Source of the DNA: Owenia fusiformis
Lineage: Eukaryota
Length of the DNA: 64,000 nt
Reading direction: 5' to 3'
Assembly: GCA_903813345.2 (NCBI GenBank)
Contig: CAIIXF020000001.1
Location: 28,768,001-28,832,000 of the forward strand
The position numbers were made by a program, and so were the translations under genes. Under the pieces are notes generated by a model that did no database searches, was not told the origin of the DNA, and saw only the letters and a program-made list of their open reading frames with translations. Shown in pieces: positions 14,401 to 28,574 of this stretch (position 1 is its first letter; each line of letters starts with the position of its first letter).

Positions 14401-17400
14401 AATTAAATCTTTACATATTTTGATAAGAATCCAACGCTCCTATAGGATAATAGGACATTATCTGAACATTTTACTTCCTTGTATAATGTCAATATACCTT
14501 TTGAACAAGGTCGAGCCACTTTAAGTAAAGTATTATAAATAGTCAAGCAAACCTTTACTTAAACATACGAGTACGTGGACCAATGCATATCTAGTTATAT
14601 TACATTACATGTACATGATAACTATGCATGCAAAGTTGAACGTAGAATCTATGATCCAGGGTTGGACAATTTCCAAGCAATACATGTACATATTTACAAA
14701 TAATATATATACAGTATATAAGATGAATCTTCATCTGAACCTTTATCTAAATACATGATATCCTCATTTGAGCGGCATTTGTGTCCCCAGCTGTGAGAAG
14801 ATGCAAATTTTCAAAGAATTCAACAATAAGTATCTATCTTGGTAGTTCTTTTCTCATTCTTGTCAATATTTTCCGAAAACGAGGGACTCTGTATAATGGA
14901 GTAATGTACCAACAGAAAGGCATATTTGTTATGTTTTTAATGCAACAAGTTTGAAGAAAAACGATGCAGTATGAGATTGACAATCCTTGCTGGTAGGTTT
15001 AAAATTCAAATTAATGGTTTTTGCAGGGCGTAATGAGTTTTGATAAACCTTAAAAGATGAATCCCGTGAATAATATTAATTCATAGCAAGAAGAAATACT
15101 TTGATAAACAGTCAGTATAATGACTACTTGGACCGAACATTAAAAACTCCACCGAGCATAGTAAATCTCCCTGGAGTTGCTAATTACTCACAGATGTCTA
15201 ATTTGATAAGCATCGCAGATATATATGCTATTATATGTTGCAAGCTTTACACTGTGATATTACACAATAATATCTAGCCAACCTCATTAAAATTGGAAAA
15301 AGGATGTATTATTTCCAGATCACCTTAGTAACCTGAGGTTTATGATGGAATAAAGCCAGAACTATTGGCCTTTTTAGAAAATAGTCATAACATGTAATGT
15401 GGCTAAATAATGAGATGAGATGCGAGAGGAAGTACTCATAATTTTCATCATTAAAAATTCGAGTTCAAAATTTCAAAAATGGTGATCACCTTGGTATATT
15501 TATTCGGTAGATTCCTGAAAGAGACCAGGCCACGTTTTATATCAAGAAAAATTAAATATCTTTCCTTATATTGATTATTGAACAGATATTAATTTTTTTA
15601 CTGGAAACATTTTAAATAATTGGTATATATTTCTGCCATGTTATAATCAGATATCTCTCAAATTGTTACACTCTCTAGTAGTAGCACCTAGTAGTAGACT
15701 AAGTAGCACATTTTAAGTTGAAAGAGTGTACCTCAATACAAACCAGTTACTAATAAAACTAAATTCCAGAGTTCTATAGATTCAAAAACACTCAATGGCT
15801 TGTTTGCTGATTTTATTCACAAATGCATATCAATAACTTATTCACTTTGCTCACGCATGCAGCTATCAATATAAACTTGTTGATAAATATAATATCACAA
15901 CTCATAATCATAGGATTTTTATATATTGTAGACTCACACACTGGCCATATGCAACACAGTCATATGCTTTATATTACTAGTATTTACACTTGACAGTGTC
16001 TCAAAGCTGTGAATTCTTCCTCAATAACATGGAAGGTAGAGTGAAAGATACAGATGATTTCCATTATGCAGGGCTACTAGAATTCCATTTTTCCAAACCG
16101 CAGCAGAAAAAGTGCAGAATTTAGTTTTGCAAAAATTTGCAGAATTATGAATTTCTGTTGATTTTTCACGGAATTCTCGCGGAATTCATACTTTGAGAAC
16201 ATAAATTGAACTGAAACCTCACCAAGCATTGTTTTAGGTGCTTGTAGATTGTTTTGGCTCACTTTTGTTGCGATTTAAACAGAATAAAATATGGCAGTTT
16301 GATTTTGATTTTCACACTATTTCGACACAAAATGCTGTGCAAAAATGCTTCGGCATAGCTTTGTTATGTGTTATCTATTATAGGACAGAAGAAAGAGGAG
16401 TAATTTTGAAGCCTTCTTTTATTAATCATCATGATTTCTTGCATGATAACTATATGTATAAACACTTTGGCTCAAAGAGCACTACTGCATTCCTGGGAGA
16501 GCCTTGTATAATGATGAAGCATACTCACCTTCTCCTGCTATGTAGGATCAGTTCTAGTTATTACTATTAAACATTATGACCCTTGGAATATATACGCCCC
16601 TTGGGGTGTCTTTTTCATGTTATTGATGAAATATTGTATGATGTAATTTTGAATGAATAAATTGAATTGAACTGAATTGAATTATGCTAATCAATATTTA
16701 AACACTAAATGTATTATATATAACTACCTGATTTTCTTTAGCAGATGTTTCACTAAATGCAGCCTTCCAGGAGTCAGCCAGTTTCTTACCATCTTCTCTA
16801 CTAATGACCCTGAAATTAACAATAACATGGTAAAAGAGGATGTTGGAATAGAATACTACTTTAAAGGGGTAATAATCCCAAGAAAAAAGGATCATTTATC
16901 AGAAAAAACCTAACCTGGGTATGAAAAATGATCAACAAATGCATTTGTAGATATGTTGGAATAAATTTAACTGAGGCGGGGATAATTGAGAAGATTTGGA
17001 AAGAACCTTTCTAAATGAGTCTATCTTTCTACCATGGGACAACAATGGTAGAATGTTGATTAGAGTCAAGTACATTCATCAGAATATGAAATGATTTTGA
17101 TTACTAAATGAAGACAGCTTCCATATTGATTGTGAGAAAAATCATATCTATTTGTATAGTACCTGTTGCATATATTATAATGTATTTCAGTAATATGAAG
17201 TCATTATAATGTTTTATTAACACTTTTCCCCATGGTTCATTCTTCGGCATATGAATAAACTGGAAAATCTTCACCAGTAAGTGAAGTTTTGATCTAACAA
17301 TATTTGAGAAAATTGAAAAATATATCCAAAGATAAGAATGCATGACATCTTTGAAATGATTAGTGTGTTGTATTCTGTCCTTTATGGTGTTACTTACAAA

Positions 17401-20400
17401 AGAAAAGGGAAGGAGTGAACAATATCTTCAAAAACAGCACTTTATTAAAAACTTTCATTTTCAATTAAGCAAAGAGGTAAACAGGACTATGTTGATTGGC
17501 CAATAAGCTGAAGCGCTGCCTCATACAATTCCTACCAAATGCTGACATAATCAATTTTGTTTGGTAGATACTTTAAGGCTGTTTCATTAGCTAAAAGGTT
17601 TGAAAATCATTATAAAAGTAACCCTTTTGAATTAGAAAATAATCATGTTCTTTAAAACATTTGTTTCATTAACAAAGGACGATTCTCGGTTTGGAGAACA
17701 GTCCCCTACGCTAATATTTTTTTTCGTGAAAAATATAGAAATATTACTCAAATTAAATTATGAATATTCAAAAGAGGACATTTAAATCTACAAGATGTAA
17801 AAATAACAAATTGGTCTGAAGCAGGGATAACGCTCAATTAAACCGATTCAATAAAATACAAGTTTCGATTTGGGGAAAGAAGTTCATCAGTGTACTGCGC
17901 TAATATTTTTTTGCGAAAAATCTAAAAATATTACCCAAATTAAATTATGACTATTCAAAAGAAGACATTCAAATCTATATTATGTAAAAAAATCAAATTT
18001 GTCCGAAGCAGGGATATTGCTCATTTAGATTGATGAACTTTGTTCTCCAAACTGAGAATCGTCCTTTGATTAAAGTGGTCTAGAAATAAAAGATGGATAA
18101 CATACATATTAAATGTGAAATACTAAATGATTCTTAGATTAATATACCTTTCCATCCTTAAATCTGTTTTGTTTCCAACAACAACTAGAGGTACCCTGAA
18201 AAAGAAAAATCCAGTTATTCATAAGGCAAATCACAAATTTGATGTTTGTGTATCATGCGAGAATACTAATTCAGATATGCCAAGTGTGTCTCAGCCAATC
18301 AGCTTAGAGAATTTCAGTGCATTAATTCAAGGTATATGGTCTGAGCAGTACCATTATTGGTAAAAGAGTGACACCATCAAAGTGTATTATGATTTCATAA
18401 AGAACTGGAAAATTGCATTTTGTATAAAGGAGTGATAGATATTTGTATATTCAAATTTCAATGAAGAACCGTCTTTCATGTATTATTGGATTTATGCATT
18501 CATGCATGTACAAATCCATCCTGATAATGTATATGGATTGCACCTACATGTATTACATGTACAGATTAGTACATACACTATTTATTTCTAATAAAGAATT
18601 ATGCAGGATTCTTTATTCCTTAAATAATGCACAGCTATTCAACAATTTTTATGGTCGACTAAGAATTCATTTTTTATATCCAGATTTCTATTCTGTTTTG
18701 CAATTATTGGCAGGGCAGAGGAAATATCCTAAATGCCTACTTATAATATAACTTACTGAGCTTTTCCTGTCATGTCTAGCAGTTTATCATGTATCACCTG
18801 TACCACTTCAAAGCTGAAAATAAAGGATATATGGAGATTAAGGTACACATTTTAAAGATGCATTATACCATAGGTTTCTCCCCTAGACAACCAATGATGT
18901 CCTATTGTTATTGCTCATATAATATCTCACATACGATGGATATACAGGGTGTCCAAAAAACAGGACCGTAAGAAAGTTGAATAATTCGGTCAATTTTGCA
19001 TATTTTCCCTTGAAATTGAAGAATTATTTAATTCATTCAATGAGAATTTTGTTGTGACCGTTTCATGATAATCTGTTGATTGTGTCAAAAACTACAGTAC
19101 CTTACAAAAAATGCTCAAAATGGGCACTTCTTCTCTCTATGCACAAATGAATCCTGCGAACAGTTGTTAATGACCCTGACCTATACACATCAATGTGGAT
19201 GGTACGAATTGGGGTATTTATTGCCCTCTTAAGATTGTTAGGGGCCTGTCAGTATACATATTGGCTTTGAGAAATCCCCAAAGATAAAAATCTGAGAGAT
19301 TTAGATCTGGCGAATAAACTGCCTATATGTTTTGAGTTCTGTGACAGATGAGCTGATCACAAAAGCATTGCTTAAACCATTGGTATTGGCTTGTTGAAAC
19401 CACTGCTTATCTCCTTAGATGCCCCCTCTGATGCTTAGTGACCTCCAAAACTTAGTGAGAACTTGAATATACTGGTTCTTGTTCATGGGAAAGCACGTCC
19501 CCAGTCATCTTCGAATCAGAAAGGACTGATGATTCCATGTTTCCTCATTGCCACCCAGGCAGTGCATTGTTCAGAATGCAATGAATGCTGTCACACTTCA
19601 TCAGAAGAATGTAAGCCCCAGTAGCAATTGTTCTTGGAATAAACTTGTCCATACAAAAAGTAATGTGTGTAGGAGGATCATCAACAACTTTGTAGCCGGA
19701 TTGAATCATGCATAGAGAGGAGAAGTGCACATTTGAGGCATCTTTTGTAAGGAACTGTAATTTTTGACTCAATAGGCAGATTATTATCAAACTTTCACAA
19801 CAAATTTCACATTAAATGAACTAAATAATTGTGAAATTTCTAGGCAAAATATGCAAAACTGACCGAGTCATTTAACTTTCTTACGGTCCTGTTTTTTTTG
19901 GACACCCTGTATCTTGAGAATAACTTTTGGGTATATTATTACCGAAATACTGAAATAATCAACAGAACAACCAACCTCCAGAATTAAACACAATCGATTC
20001 CTCGGCTAGCGAGGGGAATCCCCATTGAGTCACACAAGCGCCAACAAGTGCCTTGAACCAAGCAGCCAATCAGGTTCATGATAAACAAATCCAACGACCA
20101 ATCAGATAACAGGAGGACTTTCCTGGTATATTCAAACTTCATATTGAATTAATTTCCACGAAATAATTAGATCGGCCAGCACAATTGCAAAATTTACACT
20201 GAAAGAGGGGGATTTGGGACTTTATCTTTGGTAAGTAGTTAGGTGAATATGTTGTGAAACTCAATATGCAAAAAAGTCTTGATTGTGCTATCCTATGCAA
20301 AAAAAGCCTCTTTAAAGAGAATTGATACATGAATGTGTAGAATATTGGTACTCTATGGATTAAGTCTCCTTTCATAGTATTTACTTGCTTGATTCAGTTT

Positions 20401-23400
20401 ATTATTAGGGTATAAGGAAAACAGTTGTAATATGGCCCCTGGAAGAATCAATTGAGAAGGGGACAGTTATTGCCGGGGTTCATAATATTGCTCTTTCACA
20501 TATAGGTTCTCTTATAACGTGAACCTTATCATCTCTACTGAAGTGAAAGTATGTGAGAACTAGGCTAGCATTCAATCTACATATTATGCATGGCAATTTT
20601 TTACAACAACATATTTTTCGAATTGAATAATTTATTCAATAAAGGAAATCATCTGTATATTTTAACTAAAACTGAATGATAAATCCAGGGTTGGTATAGC
20701 AAATCCCATTGAAAATCATGTTTTGCCCCTTTTTTCTTTCAGTATCTTACAATTACAGTCTGGGATATTCTTACCTCTGTTGTGAGTTCACAGAATACAC
20801 CAGTACATAACCATCTACATTCATGACGTAACCCTGGGGGACAATAGAGTACTCATCCTGAAATATTACAAACACAACAATTATGAATCTTGTGATATGA
20901 ATGACAATTCATTGTGAGGAATAAAATTACATACAAAAAGAATGCTGGAATATTTAATGCAACGGGAAGTCATCAGGTTGGCAGGTTGGGATATCAGTTA
21001 CCCATACACCTGAAAATTCCATGTATAATTTTAACAAATTTAACATGTTCACTGTTTTTCAGAAAATACCAGGTGGATAGGAGTACAATCCAATATTAAA
21101 TCCAGTTTGTAAACAGTGTATGCCCTTAGGATCTGAGAGCTGCCGGTCAAAATGGCATCATTGACCAGTTGCAATGTTATTTTCCTATATCTTGAGAAAA
21201 AATCAACTGGTCAGTATTAAAAGTAACCTGGTAACGACCAGCTGACCAGCCCTTAGGGCGTACCCTGTTTGTAAAAACAAAATACAGGACTTTCAATATC
21301 TCTTAGTATTGAGTGTCCAATTTGATCATACATTGTCATAAGTGTGGAAACAAATATATTTGATTGTTTTACACCACTGGTACCAATGAGTCCCAACCAC
21401 AATGCTGTAAATGTTAGTTTAAACTCTGAGGTAACACAAACATATCTAGACACTAGACAGTTCCACAAAAATGTCAATATTGGATTGCAATAAAAAGAAT
21501 TACCAAAATGTTCAATTTAGGGTGTTTAATACATACGAAAGGAAATATTGAGAGGCGTTTATCATTTCTGACTTCATCTGAATATTGAACAACTTGAATT
21601 TATTTTATATTTGACTGCAGCTACAACAAATAGAGCATTTTATCTTACTAGCACATAGTTGTACATGTACATGTACTTTTTTCCATCAATTGTAACAGAC
21701 TAGTATTAGTAATCATTGATCTCCTCCTCAGCCAGGAGGAACCAGTAAGTTCTACATTATCTTTATGAAAGGACAGTAGAGTACTACAGATGTATATCTA
21801 TTTCAAGCTTTATTCCCATATAACAATATATTATACACAAATTTCAAAACATGGTGTTATTATGAAATGTCCTAGTTTTTGGAGGAATGTTACTATTGGG
21901 AAATAACTTGTTGCCACGCCAAACCACAAACAAACTCATGTTTCCTAGTGAAGAAAATATCATATAACAATTAAATCAGATGATCATTTCCTTGCTTCAA
22001 GGAAATGCTATGACCTCATTCTGATTTTTTGACCTCATTTTGGTGTCATTGCCCGGAGTTGGAATTTTAACATGATGAATCATAATATCGAAAAGAAAGT
22101 AAACATGCCTTATCTTCTGCTTTGCTAAGAAATCAGTGGTAATGGCCACTCTGAAAAATTGACTTTCGATTTGACTTTGATTTACAAACGAGGATGCCTT
22201 TGCATGTTTTTAAGTGTGCATACAATAGAGGTTTTGCTATAGCTTTGAGTTATCATATTTCTAATGAGATTTTTGGCAGATTTGCATTTTGAAAAGTGAA
22301 GACATATTTTGTTCTATTTGATGACATAATTTAATTATGCATATAATATTCTAAACGAAGCAATTTGATTTTCATAGTTATTTTTTCTAAATAAATTCAA
22401 CTTTCATTGTATTCTGGATACAATGCTATTAAAAATATCAAAAGTTGATTTTCTCTTTTAAATTTTAAGGTTAAGTCACCCTGTTGCTATATGTCAAAGC
22501 AATTTTACATTAATCCAATATGAAAAATTTGATAAATTAAGAAGTAAGGTAACCTTAATCAGATTTTCTAAATAAAGAGAATAATATAATAGCTAGACCA
22601 AGTCTACTCCTGCCATCTATCAATTATCTCTATAGCAAGTCCTCTATAGGAAGTAAAGCTATTATAGCCATTATATGTAGGCTCAACTAGCACAATAAAA
22701 TATCCACTGCTACTTTTCCCAAAGATTAATGGGTAACAAAGATACATGTAGTATGAATTGCTCAAAATAGGACTCTATATAAAATCAGTACAATACAGGG
22801 TGTCCCGAAAGTATGGGGCCCCCCTAGGAAGACATATACCAGTGTCGTCATAGTATGTGTTATATATCATTTGAAAGCTTATCCAAAGTTACATTGATTC
22901 GCCAATTATCATGGTTCAACTCTCAAATGTGAAAAAATTACAGGCATTTCAAAATTTAGTGTTTGGTCAAAATTAAGTTCAATTTTACACCAAATCACTA
23001 GTCAATGTGTCCTCCTGGGCCATCTTAACAGCAGCAATTCTTTTCGGGTCGGAGGGATATTGAGTTGGAAAAAGAGAATGGTGAGGGTAGAAACTCTTCT
23101 AAAGTCCCTTAACAGGTTTTAAGAGGGTTATAAAATCCCACACCCCTATTTGAAGGGCTTTTAAGGTCATATCTGAAAATAATTGCTGCTGTTAACATGG
23201 CCAAGGGGGGACACATTGACTAGTAATGTGGCGTAAAATTGAACTTTATTTTGACAAAACACTAACTTTTAAAATGACTGTAACTTTTTCCCATTTTGGA
23301 GTTAAACCATGATACTTGGCAAATCAATGTAACTTTGAATAAGCTTTAAAATGATATATGACACATACTATGAGGACACTGGAATATGTCTGCCTAGGGG

Positions 23401-26400
23401 GGGCCCCATACTTTCAGGGCACCCTGTAGATGCCCATAAAACAGAATTTGTACAACCTTTTTAGAGTTAATTTCCCTGACATTCTCTGACATTTTAAAAC
23501 CAATGTGATTGTATATGAAACCATTTAAATGTTATTTTGGTTATTTGTCATGATTGATTTTGTGAGACTCAGAAAGACACGAGAGAAAGATATGGGGAAA
23601 AATACTGAGATGTTCATCCTTTATGCACAGAATTCAATTAGCACATCCACAACATTTACTCATTCATAATTACTCATTTAAACTGACATTTGTCATGATT
23701 GCTTTTATGTTTATTTTGATATTATTTCACAATTAAATATAATTGATGGAGTGACATATTCATTGATCTAAATGTTACAATGTCACATACACTCATATTT
23801 TGTAACCTACACTTATATTTTGTCATCCCCCAGTTGAAGTTGATAATAGCGGCCCAGGAAATTCCACTAGTATAGTCTAATTATCTAAAATAAATTTTCA
23901 ACAGAGCTGCGATTAGACTAGATATTGAACTCCTAGACCTTCCTGTAGATCTTCCCGAAACAAAAAGTGATCAAGAAAATTGTGATAACATCCAGACACT
24001 CATCTACAAATTGTGATAACATCCCGACACCCATTAACTAATTTTGATAACATCCTGACACCCATCTACAAATTGTGATATCATCCTGGCACCCATGTAA
24101 AAATTGTGATAACATCCTGGCATCCATCAACAAATTGTGATAATATCTTTGCATCCATTTACAAATTGTGATAACATGCTGCGACTCATCTATGTACATG
24201 TGACAATATAAAAATTTCATAAGTGAAAGTAACTAAAAAAATGTCATACAAATATTTAAATGGTGTCAGCATATCAAAGTACCGTATTCTCTCGAATGAG
24301 GCACAGTTCCAATGCACACCAGAATACCCTGACAACGGTAAACTCAGATACCATTGTTACAAATGGCGGCCACCGTCACGGGTTTGTATTCGATTTGATT
24401 TTCATTAACTGCATGTTTCATAGAGCACCTAGATTGTGACTAGACTGTGTGCTCATTAGAGAGAAAACAGTATTCACACAGGATTTGACAAACAATTTTT
24501 CTAAGAATCTGATCATCTTTAGCTAGTTAGATTACATTTTGTACAATTTATAGATGTCACTCTAGGAAAGTATAACCATACTTTTAAAATCAGTGAAATA
24601 CAGTAGGCCTGGGGGGTTCACTCTAATATACCTCTTAATACCTATGTGCCGCGCCAAAGACCCCCTTTTTGAGCATTTTTTTCATGTCAATTTCCTCTCA
24701 AGATTGAAAGTTTCCATGTATACTTCCTCTCACCTATGCCCTAAACCAAAATTGCCCATGCTGCACATACCTACCCAAATTATTAAGAGTAAACCCCCGG
24801 GGAAATAGGGCCTTACCTGACCGGCTGTATCTACTAACTGCAGCGTGTAATCCTGATTCCTCAGTCTGATGTTCTTAGTAAATGCTACAATGAAAGGATA
24901 ATTATGAGAAAAATATGAAAAACAACCATATTCTCTCATATACATGTATGTATTGACAATTGTAAGTGAAAATATTTTGAACAGAAAAAGCTAAAATATG
25001 ACATTTTAGTTGCCACACCCATATTTTTTACATTCATTTCTCAAAATTCAGTTTTATTATGCCAAGCCAGAATACCCCTTCAAAATCACTTAATTGAAGT
25101 ATCCAATAGCATATGAATGAAGAATATGAAGGTATTTAACTCAGGATTTTCAAATTAGGAAAGTGCAAAACATTTACAAGTGTCAGTAAGACACAACAAT
25201 GTCAGGCTTGTCAGATGGGGGAGGTTAATACATACCTAGGAGTGGAATCATTTTTAAGTGGATTTAAATAAAATTTAATAAAGTAAATTAAGCGATCATA
25301 ATAGAACTGAAATCAGCATATTTCTTCAAGTAAAAAATTATGAAACAGCACTTAAAACAATTAATAATTTCTTTAATATCTTATCATATTATATATCATA
25401 TATTATTTACCATGGGCTTTCTAATTAAAAGCCCATGTATTTACATAGACGTAGCGTCTGCTATGCCTGGTACACACAGGCATACCAGATGGTTGCAATA
25501 CACTCCAAATACAACCAAACCTCAAAATTTTCTGGGAGGGACCCCTTGAACGCCCGTTATTGATTTTGCTTAACTCGTTTTCCTGTGGGTAGGCATACTA
25601 CTCATAAAAATAGCGCTACAGCCATGTTTACTAAAGGTAAATGCATCATTTTTACTTACTGTTTTCAATAGTTGGATCATAAGAGTCCACAAACTGGCCT
25701 TCAACATACTGGATGGTCAGTGAGGATTTCCCTGAAAAATGAAAATAGTATTTAGAATCTTTTCTTGTTCAAGAGGTTGTTCATAAGATATTTAGCTAAA
25801 AGAGGGGATCAAACTATGTTGAACAACTAATGAGGTCAGGAGATGGGGAGGTTTTAACTATTTTACAGAACAGCATTCTGAGGATAATAAGGGCAATAAT
25901 GATAATGGCGTTGAAAAATTCCTTTCATTTATTGTGATAAAAATTATATACAGATAGAATTTCAATGCATCATATCCCTTTAACATATTGATCCCAGATT
26001 CTTGTATGTTATTCATGGGCTTTCAAGTGTTGAAAGCCAACGTAATACGAAGTTATAGATGACATTGCTTTAAAATTTAAAAAATGTTTATCTTATAGTT
26101 TCAAGCATGTTCCTGATTGATACAGATATAATTTATCTTTGAAACGAGACATCACATATCAGAATGGGCATGCGCTTTCTCTTGAAAGCTCATAATCTGA
26201 GCCATTTTGGAAAACTAAAACAGCTTTGTTTACAAAACGTCCTCTCTGTAACTGAAATAGTCAAAGTTTATCCCACAAAGGCAATTCAAGCTTCTGTGCA
26301 ATCAATGTAATTTTACATGTATGTGTAATACTTTACAGAATAGATGTTTAGGAACAAGTATTGTTACACAAACAATGTAATTGAAAAATATTGGATAAGT

Positions 26401-26523
26401 GCCAATAATGTGAATCACAAAACAACATTCATTGACCAATGTGGCATGAATGTTTTGAAAACAAAAGTACTTACCAACTGATCTAAATCCCATAATCGCT
26501 ATCTTACGTTGCTTGGGTGGCAT
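11493..26523 (-). CDS. RHEB: GTP-binding protein Rheb (182 aa)
   Basis: Exons (-): 26523-26475, 25731-25660, 24884-24817, 20857-20775, 18813-18757, 18195-18148, 16809-16728, 11582-11493 (549 nt, all GT-AG, in phase). Motifs: G1 GFRSVGKS with the Rheb-specific Arg, YDPTIENTF, DTAGQDE, GNKTD, ETSAK, CAAX box CVIS*. Confidence 0.97.
13220..13474. mobile_element. TA-flanked MITE (CAGTAAA termini)
   Basis: CAGTAAAGTTTTAAATGTTTGGAACT ... AGTTCCAAACATTTAAAATTTTTACTG with TA on both sides. Confidence 0.7.
13960..14040. repeat. Degenerate (ACCA/GCCA)n microsatellite
   Basis: caaccaacca...ccagccagccagccatccaaccaacc. Confidence 0.75.
14770..15030. mobile_element. Partial older copy of the 38666-39084 MITE
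   Basis: Shares GTCCCCAGCTGT, AACGAGGGACTCT, TTTGAAGAAAAACG.TGCAGTATGA, GGTAGGT..AAAATTCAAATTAA. Confidence 0.7.
17673..18068. mobile_element. MITE with about 28-bp TIRs and an internal direct repeat
   Basis: CAAAGGACGATTCTCGGTTTGGAGAACA ... TGTTCTCCAAACTGAGAATCGTCCTTTG; internal duplication of about 17708-17840 at about 17898-18025. Confidence 0.75.
18945..19909 (-). mobile_element. Decayed, internally deleted Tc1/mariner transposon
   Basis: TA-flanked TIRs CAGGGTGTCCAAAAAACAGGACCGTAAGAAAGTT. The minus strand near 19270-19320 reads YSPDLNLSDFYLW then a frameshift; QWFQQ near 19400. Confidence 0.85.
20013..20123. promoter_or_regulatory. Candidate intronic enhancer (kB, AP-1, CCAAT) in Rheb intron 4
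   Basis: GGGGAATCCCC 20013-20023, TGAGTCA 20026-20032, CCAATCAG twice (about 20066, 20098), GGACTTTCC 20115-20123. Confidence 0.45.
22796..23426. mobile_element. Tc1/mariner-type MITE, long imperfect palindrome
   Basis: TA|CAGGGTGTCCCGAAAGTATGGGGCCCCCCTAGG ... CCTAGGGGGGGCCCCATACTTTCAGGGCACCCTG|TA; arms complementary over about 245 bp. Confidence 0.88.
23978..24190. repeat. Minisatellite, about 31-32-bp unit, about 7 copies
   Basis: AAATTGTGATAACATCC.GACACCCATCTAC repeated. Confidence 0.85.
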
Positions 26524-27090
26524 GATTGTGTTCCCTAGAATAATCAGTAAATAAAAATACTTGAGTTACACCACTGATTAACGTATTCAATAGAATAAAT
26601 GTCTAAAATATGAGATTTTTTTAGATTTTTCACATTTTTGTCAACACAGGAAGTTCCTTTTGCACATGCGTAATTGATATCTATGAATCCTATAATGTCA
26701 TAAGGCCCCTGTTTGGGTACTCTTATGTTTTACAATAAGTTCACTATTAAACAAAACAGAATATTCACATTAAAGAAATTAATTAACTATACTGAACAAT
26801 TATAATACAATGGTATTTAGGAAGATATTTTCTCTGATATTCGGCATAGAAATGTTAATAATTTTTGGTGCTGCAATATTTACAGTCGGAGCTCCAGTAG
26901 AAGAAACCGGATATGGCGGGTTCTGCAAATTCAAACAGGTTCGTTTTTGTATTTTGAAGTTTGTTTGCAGTTTGTTTAAGTTAAATCGAATCCATCAGAT
27001 GAACTCCTTGGGGAATCAGTTCACCATATTTCTAAAAATAATTATTGATAGACTTGATTTATTGTGGAGAACTTAAAAGCAAGTAAGGAT
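26524..27090. promoter_or_regulatory. Probable bidirectional promoter Rheb/TOPBP1 including a TOPBP1 non-coding first exon
   Basis: Divergent genes. ETS-like CAGGAAGT near 26647, YY1-like ATGGCGG near 26913, donor-like AA|GTAAG at 27083. The TOPBP1 ATG exon begins at an acceptor (TTTTACAG 28531-28538). Confidence 0.5.
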
Positions 27091-27943
27091 CCTTCTCTAT
27101 TTTTATTTTCAATTTTTGAATGAAAATTTGAATGAAATCAATGTACGATAACGAATAGATTCACGATCACAGATCCGGAGCCAGATCCAGCCCCTTTTGG
27201 AAGTAGGCTCAAAGGATAAATGGGAAGATAAGATACAAGGCAAAAATGCTACATCAAAAAAATGACCACCCAAAAATATGACCCTCGTACTGACCTTTAT
27301 ATTTTCCATCTGGTAGACATTGATTGATCAATATTTACCCTGTAATCTCTTCTTTTTGTATTAGTTTGAATGGTTGCATGATATCAATTATTGACGCTGT
27401 AAATCAAATTTTCCCGGGACATTTAAAAAAATTCAAATACATTAGATCTAGATCAATAAATGAAATGGTTCTATCGTCGTAGGGTACGACAATTAACTAT
27501 CGACAATTTCAAACATGATAACCTAACTTACTTCGAGGGTATGACAAGAAAGATAGATCTCTCAATTTCTGAATATGAATATTTAAGACCCCTTAGACTC
27601 TCATGTGCGGTCATCCTAATTATCGCACAAGTTGTCCTAATTAGATCGTTGTGTTTTGATTGTCATTTCATGGTACTTTGTACAATTTACTGTTTATAAT
27701 AAAGATGTAACCATAAAAAATGGTTGTATTTTATTATGGGCTTTTCAACTCTTGGAAGCTCATGTATTTATATTTATATGATATATTGTTTCTACAATAT
27801 TCATCAACTTCATCAATTTATTTCTTGCATTGGATAAATCATTAAGAGAAATGGTGTTGAGCATGTGCTAGTAACACTGGTTTAAAAGAGGAAGGTGTAT
27901 ATTTTAGCTACATGTATTTAGGAGAATCGTGCAACAATTAGGA

Positions 27944-28077
27944 CTAAATCCCATAATCGCTATTTTACGTTGCTTGGATGGCATGATTGTGTTCCCTAGA
28001 ATAATCAGTAAATAAAAATACTTGAGTTACACCACTGATAAACGTATTCAATAGAATAAATATCTAAAATATGAGAT
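27944..28077 (-). pseudogene. 134-bp duplicate of Rheb exon 1 start and upstream sequence
   Basis: Direct copy of 26483-26616 with 4 substitutions. Encodes MPSKQRKIAIMGF but stops short of the splice donor. Confidence 0.85.
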
Positions 28078-28574
28078 ATGTGATAAATAAGGCCATTTCC
28101 CCTGACTTACCCCATACAGATACATCAAAGTTCAATGGAAACTCCTTACTTCATGTTGAGGTAATTGTCCATTGTATAATTTGAGACCCCCGGGTTGAGA
28201 CCTATACCTAGAAAGATCACATAGACATGGTCTGAAGAGATCAAGATTTATGGTTGTTAATTCCTTTCTTGTCCCTGTTGGTATACGCTAGGTGTATAAA
28301 TATTTCAAGCTGCTCTGATGCGGAGGAGATCACAGGGCTAATATACACACATTTTATTAACAGGTAAAAATAGATGTAATGATGACAACTCAAGATACCA
28401 TCCCCATGGTTATTGTATGCCAAAAAACTCTTGGGGATAACAAACTAACGACTAACATTGGATGAAGAAAATTAAATTGACTTTTTATTTCACATACTAT
28501 AACTTGTAACTGAAATTTGTTATATGCAAATTTTACAGAAAACTGGGCAGTATTTGTAATTAAAGTCCAGCAGA

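Noticed and set aside
23978-24190. Regular 31-32-bp repeats resembling a CRISPR array
   Set aside because: Head-to-tail units without unique spacers, in a eukaryotic intron, no cas genes.
26810-27076. 88-aa ORF with a signal-like N-terminus
   Set aside because: Overlaps the probable promoter and 5'UTR exon of TOPBP1; no recognisable domain.
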